IMG/VR virus record: IMGVR_UViG_3300046333_000120
Length of the DNA: 64,000 bases
From: a virus
Direction: 5' to 3' (one strand)
Positions 60,829-64,000 of this stretch are shown here, one piece after another. The stretch's first letter is position 1, and every line of letters begins with the position of its first letter. A program made the position numbers and the translations under genes. The notes under the pieces were generated by a model. That model saw only the letters and a list, made by a program, of their open reading frames with translations. It searched no databases and was not told the origin of the DNA.

Positions 60829-62724
60829 ATGGCATTACAAAAATTAAGAGAGTATTTTAACGAAACCAATAGAGAAAATTTTATTGAAATGTTAAAAAGT
60901 AGGGTGTTAGTGACTGAAAAGATTGCAGCACCATCTTTTCTTTTTAAAAGAAATACAGATGGATTTGAGTTTTATAAGTCTTCAACATCAGATAAATTAA
61001 ATTTTATTGATAGAACAGTTATATCACTATATGAAATGGCAATTAATCATTTACAGAGTTTACCAAGCGATGTAAAATCTCAGTTTCCATTAGATTGGAA
61101 ATTTGGATTTGAATATTTACCAGAAACCAAAGCGTCTAATATAGATTATGCCACAACTCCAACCAATAGTTTAATTCTTACACACATTCAACAATTGAGT
61201 GAAGGTGGAAAACTTAGAAAAACTATTAATGATCCATTAATTTTAAATAAATGGGCTAAATTATTAGAAGTGCAATCTCCCAGTGTTATTTTTGATGGTT
61301 ATATGTCACAACAACAAAGAGATGAACTTCTAACCGTATTATCAATGAGTGATAGAGAATTCTCAGATTCATTTGATTACGCAATAGAAACTGAAGATAA
61401 AACAAGTTTCACTTCAAAGATATTTAAGATGTTTAATCCAAATATCTATTCAACTGCACTAAATCCAGATCTTGAAACTGAAATTGATGGATTAGTTATA
61501 AACTTCATAGAAGCAAAAACAATGAAGTCATTTAAACTTGAAGATTTTTTAAGAGCTTCCGCTGATAAAAGAGATTTAAGAGCTTCTAGCCATACTTACC
61601 AAATTGCTGTAACTGATTTCTTAGAGTATATCATACAGCAAGATCTGAACGATATTAATTTAGAAGATGAACATGCCGATCATAGATACTTAGAATTAAT
61701 GTCAGTTTTATTTAATGGATATATTGATAAAAATTCTTCAAAATATATTGGTGTTAATTTTGAAAGTGCAGAATTTTCAGAAGCACAATCATTTAGATTA
61801 AATACCAAATATATTAAAAATGAAAAAACATTAAAATTTGTAAATAATGAAGTACTTGCTGAATTATTTAAAATGGTTTTAAGTTCTTTTAGAAAGAAAA
61901 GAACTAAAGAATCAGACTTAATTGACAAAGATACAATGTCAAGAATGAATGAAATTATTGATGCAATTAATGAAAAGATATTTGTAGAAAATACAGATGA
62001 AAATGCAATATACGATTATACTAATTTTATGTTACATAATAAGATTAAATCTTCAGTAAATTTAAATGAAGCTCTTACAGTAAAACACATGGAACAAGGT
62101 AAACAACCCGTAAATATGTTTGTTGGTAGATTTCAACCATTCACATTAGGGCACGCTAAGGTATTAGAAACAATGAATAAGGAAAATGGATTTCCAGTAG
62201 TTGTATTTTTAGTTAAATCTAAGGTTAAAAAGGGCGAGGAGTTTAGTAAACCATACGATGAAAAAACACAAGTTGATATGTTTAATCATGTCAAAAAACA
62301 ATATCCTTTTTTAAAGGAAATATATGTTGTTCCTAATGCTGCAATCGATACATTATATAATGAGATGAGACCGAAATATGAACCAGTATTATGGGGAACA
62401 GGATCTGATAGAATGAAAGGATATGGATATATGGTTAATAATGATTCTTATAGAGACCAATTAAATGCTAGGGCAGATTTTGGATTATTTGAGATTCCAA
62501 GAACAGACGATAATATTTCAGCAACCAAGGTTAGAAACGCAATGTTAGATGGAAATGAAAAAGATTTTCAGACAATGACACCTAAAGCTATTCATGGAAT
62601 GTATAAAGAATTAAAGTCAAAATTAGAAGATGCTATTGGAGTTGTTCACGAAAATATTGAAAATTCAGAAGAAATCATGACATTTGAACAATTCATAAAT
62701 AAATCTAAATATATAATCTTATAA
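60829..62724 (+). CDS. Fusion of degenerate ligase-fold domain and HxGH cytidylyltransferase-like nucleotidyltransferase
   Basis: N-part VTEKI..FEYL..IDGLVI..FKL; LNEA linker; GRFQPFTLGH, GSDR, ISATKVR. Confidence 0.7.
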   Translation: MALQKLREYFNETNRENFIEMLKSRVLVTEKIAAPSFLFKRNTDGFEFYKSSTSDKLNFIDRTVISLYEMAINHLQSLPSDVKSQFPLDWKFGFEYLPETKASNIDYATTPTNSLILTHIQQLSEGGKLRKTINDPLILNKWAKLLEVQSPSVIFDGYMSQQQRDELLTVLSMSDREFSDSFDYAIETEDKTSFTSKIFKMFNPNIYSTALNPDLETEIDGLVINFIEAKTMKSFKLEDFLRASADKRDLRASSHTYQIAVTDFLEYIIQQDLNDINLEDEHADHRYLELMSVLFNGYIDKNSSKYIGVNFESAEFSEAQSFRLNTKYIKNEKTLKFVNNEVLAELFKMVLSSFRKKRTKESDLIDKDTMSRMNEIIDAINEKIFVENTDENAIYDYTNFMLHNKIKSSVNLNEALTVKHMEQGKQPVNMFVGRFQPFTLGHAKVLETMNKENGFPVVVFLVKSKVKKGEEFSKPYDEKTQVDMFNHVKKQYPFLKEIYVVPNAAIDTLYNEMRPKYEPVLWGTGSDRMKGYGYMVNNDSYRDQLNARADFGLFEIPRTDDNISATKVRNAMLDGNEKDFQTMTPKAIHGMYKELKSKLEDAIGVVHENIENSEEIMTFEQFINKSKYIIL

Positions 62725-62740
62725 AATAAAATTAAAATAA

Positions 62741-64000
62741 ATGAGCACATTTGATAAATATCTAAATGACATGAATAATACGTTAAATGAGAGGTCAATT
62801 AACAAAATTCAAGCAGAATTTACAGATGTAGTAACTAAAATGTCAGCAATGGCAAAAGAATATGCTACTACAGAAGGAGATGAAAAAACAAATATTCTTA
62901 CAGAATTAAAAGGATTAACTGCAAAGAAAAATGAGTTAATAAAGGAACTCGATAATGCAGTAGCAGGAAAGGATAAAGATGTCCAATTAGCTATTAAAGA
63001 ATCTGAAATTAATGAAGCATATGGAAGCTCTAATCCTCATGCAAAACCAGCGGGTCTTGATAAAGAAGAAACTATGGTTATAGCTCAAAAATTTGCAGAT
63101 GCAATGTCTAAAGCAGAAGGAGCTAAAGTTACTGTAAATAAAAGAACATTAGAGGAAGATTCATTTGATTTAGATTACAATGGAGAAGAATTTGATGGAG
63201 GTTCATATAACATCTACCAAAATGGAAATGTTATGAATATGGCATTAAGAGATAATCCAGTATATGGTAGAAAAAACGATAGTGTAGATACTATTGCAAA
63301 GAATATGAAAAAATTCATGAGCGAATCAGTAGCTAATGAAGGTAGACATATTACTCTTAAAAGACAATACACTGGAAACCATCCTGCAACCACCGTTGGA
63401 AAAATTGCAGCTGTTAGAAATAAAGTGTTAGAGGCAATTAAAGATGGTAAAATACCACAAGAACAATTTGAAAAAATAGTTTCTGAAATTTCTAATAACT
63501 CTAAAAGATGGACAAAAAATAACTCAAAATATTTTACAATATCAGAAGACGGTGTTTCACTTTCTGGTTTTGGTAAAAAAGTACTTTCAAGTATAACAGT
63601 TAATGAAGCAGATTTTAAAGAATTTCCAAAAGGTTATAATCCAGAAATATGGGTACCTGGTAATTTTGATAAAGCTATTTCCAAATATTCAAATGCAAAA
63701 TTAACTAGAAAAATTGTATTGGATGCTGCTAAAAAATGGGATGTTACACCCGAAGATGCTATTAATTATGTAGAATTTGGATGGCATGTAGATTTATCAG
63801 AAAATATAAATATAAATATAAATATGAAAACAAAATTTATTTACGAATCATTTAGCGAATTCATTGGAGCTTTAAATGAATCTAATGAAATATTAAATGA
63901 AGCATTTGCTTCTACAAAACTTGCAAGTCTTTTAACAGGCGCAAATGCAATGCCAAAGGATCTTCCTGCTGCATTCTATAATATGTCAAAATTAGCTCTT
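62741..64000 (+). CDS. Second putative packaged polyprotein (runs off the window; not in ORF track)
   Basis: Open for 420 codons: MSTFDKYLN..TLNE, ESEINEA, ESVANEG, ITVNEA, then internal MKTKFIYESFSEFIGALNESNEILNEA. Confidence 0.75.
   Translation, partial: MSTFDKYLNDMNNTLNERSINKIQAEFTDVVTKMSAMAKEYATTEGDEKTNILTELKGLTAKKNELIKELDNAVAGKDKDVQLAIKESEINEAYGSSNPHAKPAGLDKEETMVIAQKFADAMSKAEGAKVTVNKRTLEEDSFDLDYNGEEFDGGSYNIYQNGNVMNMALRDNPVYGRKNDSVDTIAKNMKKFMSESVANEGRHITLKRQYTGNHPATTVGKIAAVRNKVLEAIKDGKIPQEQFEKIVSEISNNSKRWTKNNSKYFTISEDGVSLSGFGKKVLSSITVNEADFKEFPKGYNPEIWVPGNFDKAISKYSNAKLTRKIVLDAAKKWDVTPEDAINYVEFGWHVDLSENINININMKTKFIYESFSEFIGALNESNEILNEAFASTKLASLLTGANAMPKDLPAAFYNMSKLAL

Noticed and set aside
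695-61928. Minus-strand and nested short ORFs in the ORF track
   Set aside because: They lie inside well-supported plus-strand genes and show no recognisable motifs; they are shadow ORFs.
1-64000. Alternative genetic code (TAG or TGA recoding as in some large phages)
   Set aside because: Coding density is high under code 11, core genes are full length, and TAG/TGA end genes at natural boundaries (e.g. 19555, 24450, 55608).
1-64000. tRNA or rRNA genes
   Set aside because: Intergenic gaps are short and AT-rich; no cloverleaf or T-arm signature was seen by eye (tRNAscan not run).

Overview
This is a 64 kb, very AT-rich, almost entirely plus-strand segment of a large T4-like (myovirus-type) jumbo phage. 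The host is most likely Bacteroidetes/Flavobacteria, based on a flavobacterial-type bS21, a LETM1-like protein, A-rich starts without Shine-Dalgarno and TAnnTTT-type promoters. Layout: (1) 1-15.7 kb accessory/host-takeover region with a 2OG-oxygenase end, glycosyltransferases, exonuclease, DnaJ, three EEYEKC proteins, an unannotated ribosomal protein bS21, PhoH with a GIY-YIG homing endonuclease and displaced 3' end, RNase HII, UvsE, GNAT and dCMP deaminase. (2) 15.7-51 kb baseplate/neck/tail/fibre module (gp53/gp27/gp5/gp13/gp25/gp6-like, collagen fibres), interrupted by an S1-like ribosomal protein and an amidoligase-like gene. (3) 51.7-57.1 kb replication/recombination genes (RuvC-like, gp32 SSB, gp61 primase, UvsY, UvsW). 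(4) 57.1-64 kb putative capsid-packaged cargo. The most striking unexplained signal is a family of about 10 proteins sharing a T4 capsid-targeting-like leader (MKxFxxF(I/L)NE), including two polyproteins of small modules separated by repeated ES(V/I)xNE/A linkers that look like prohead-protease sites and are conserved at DNA level. Three promoter-like motif classes are also visible. All assignments are by eye from motifs and synteny; no searches were run.
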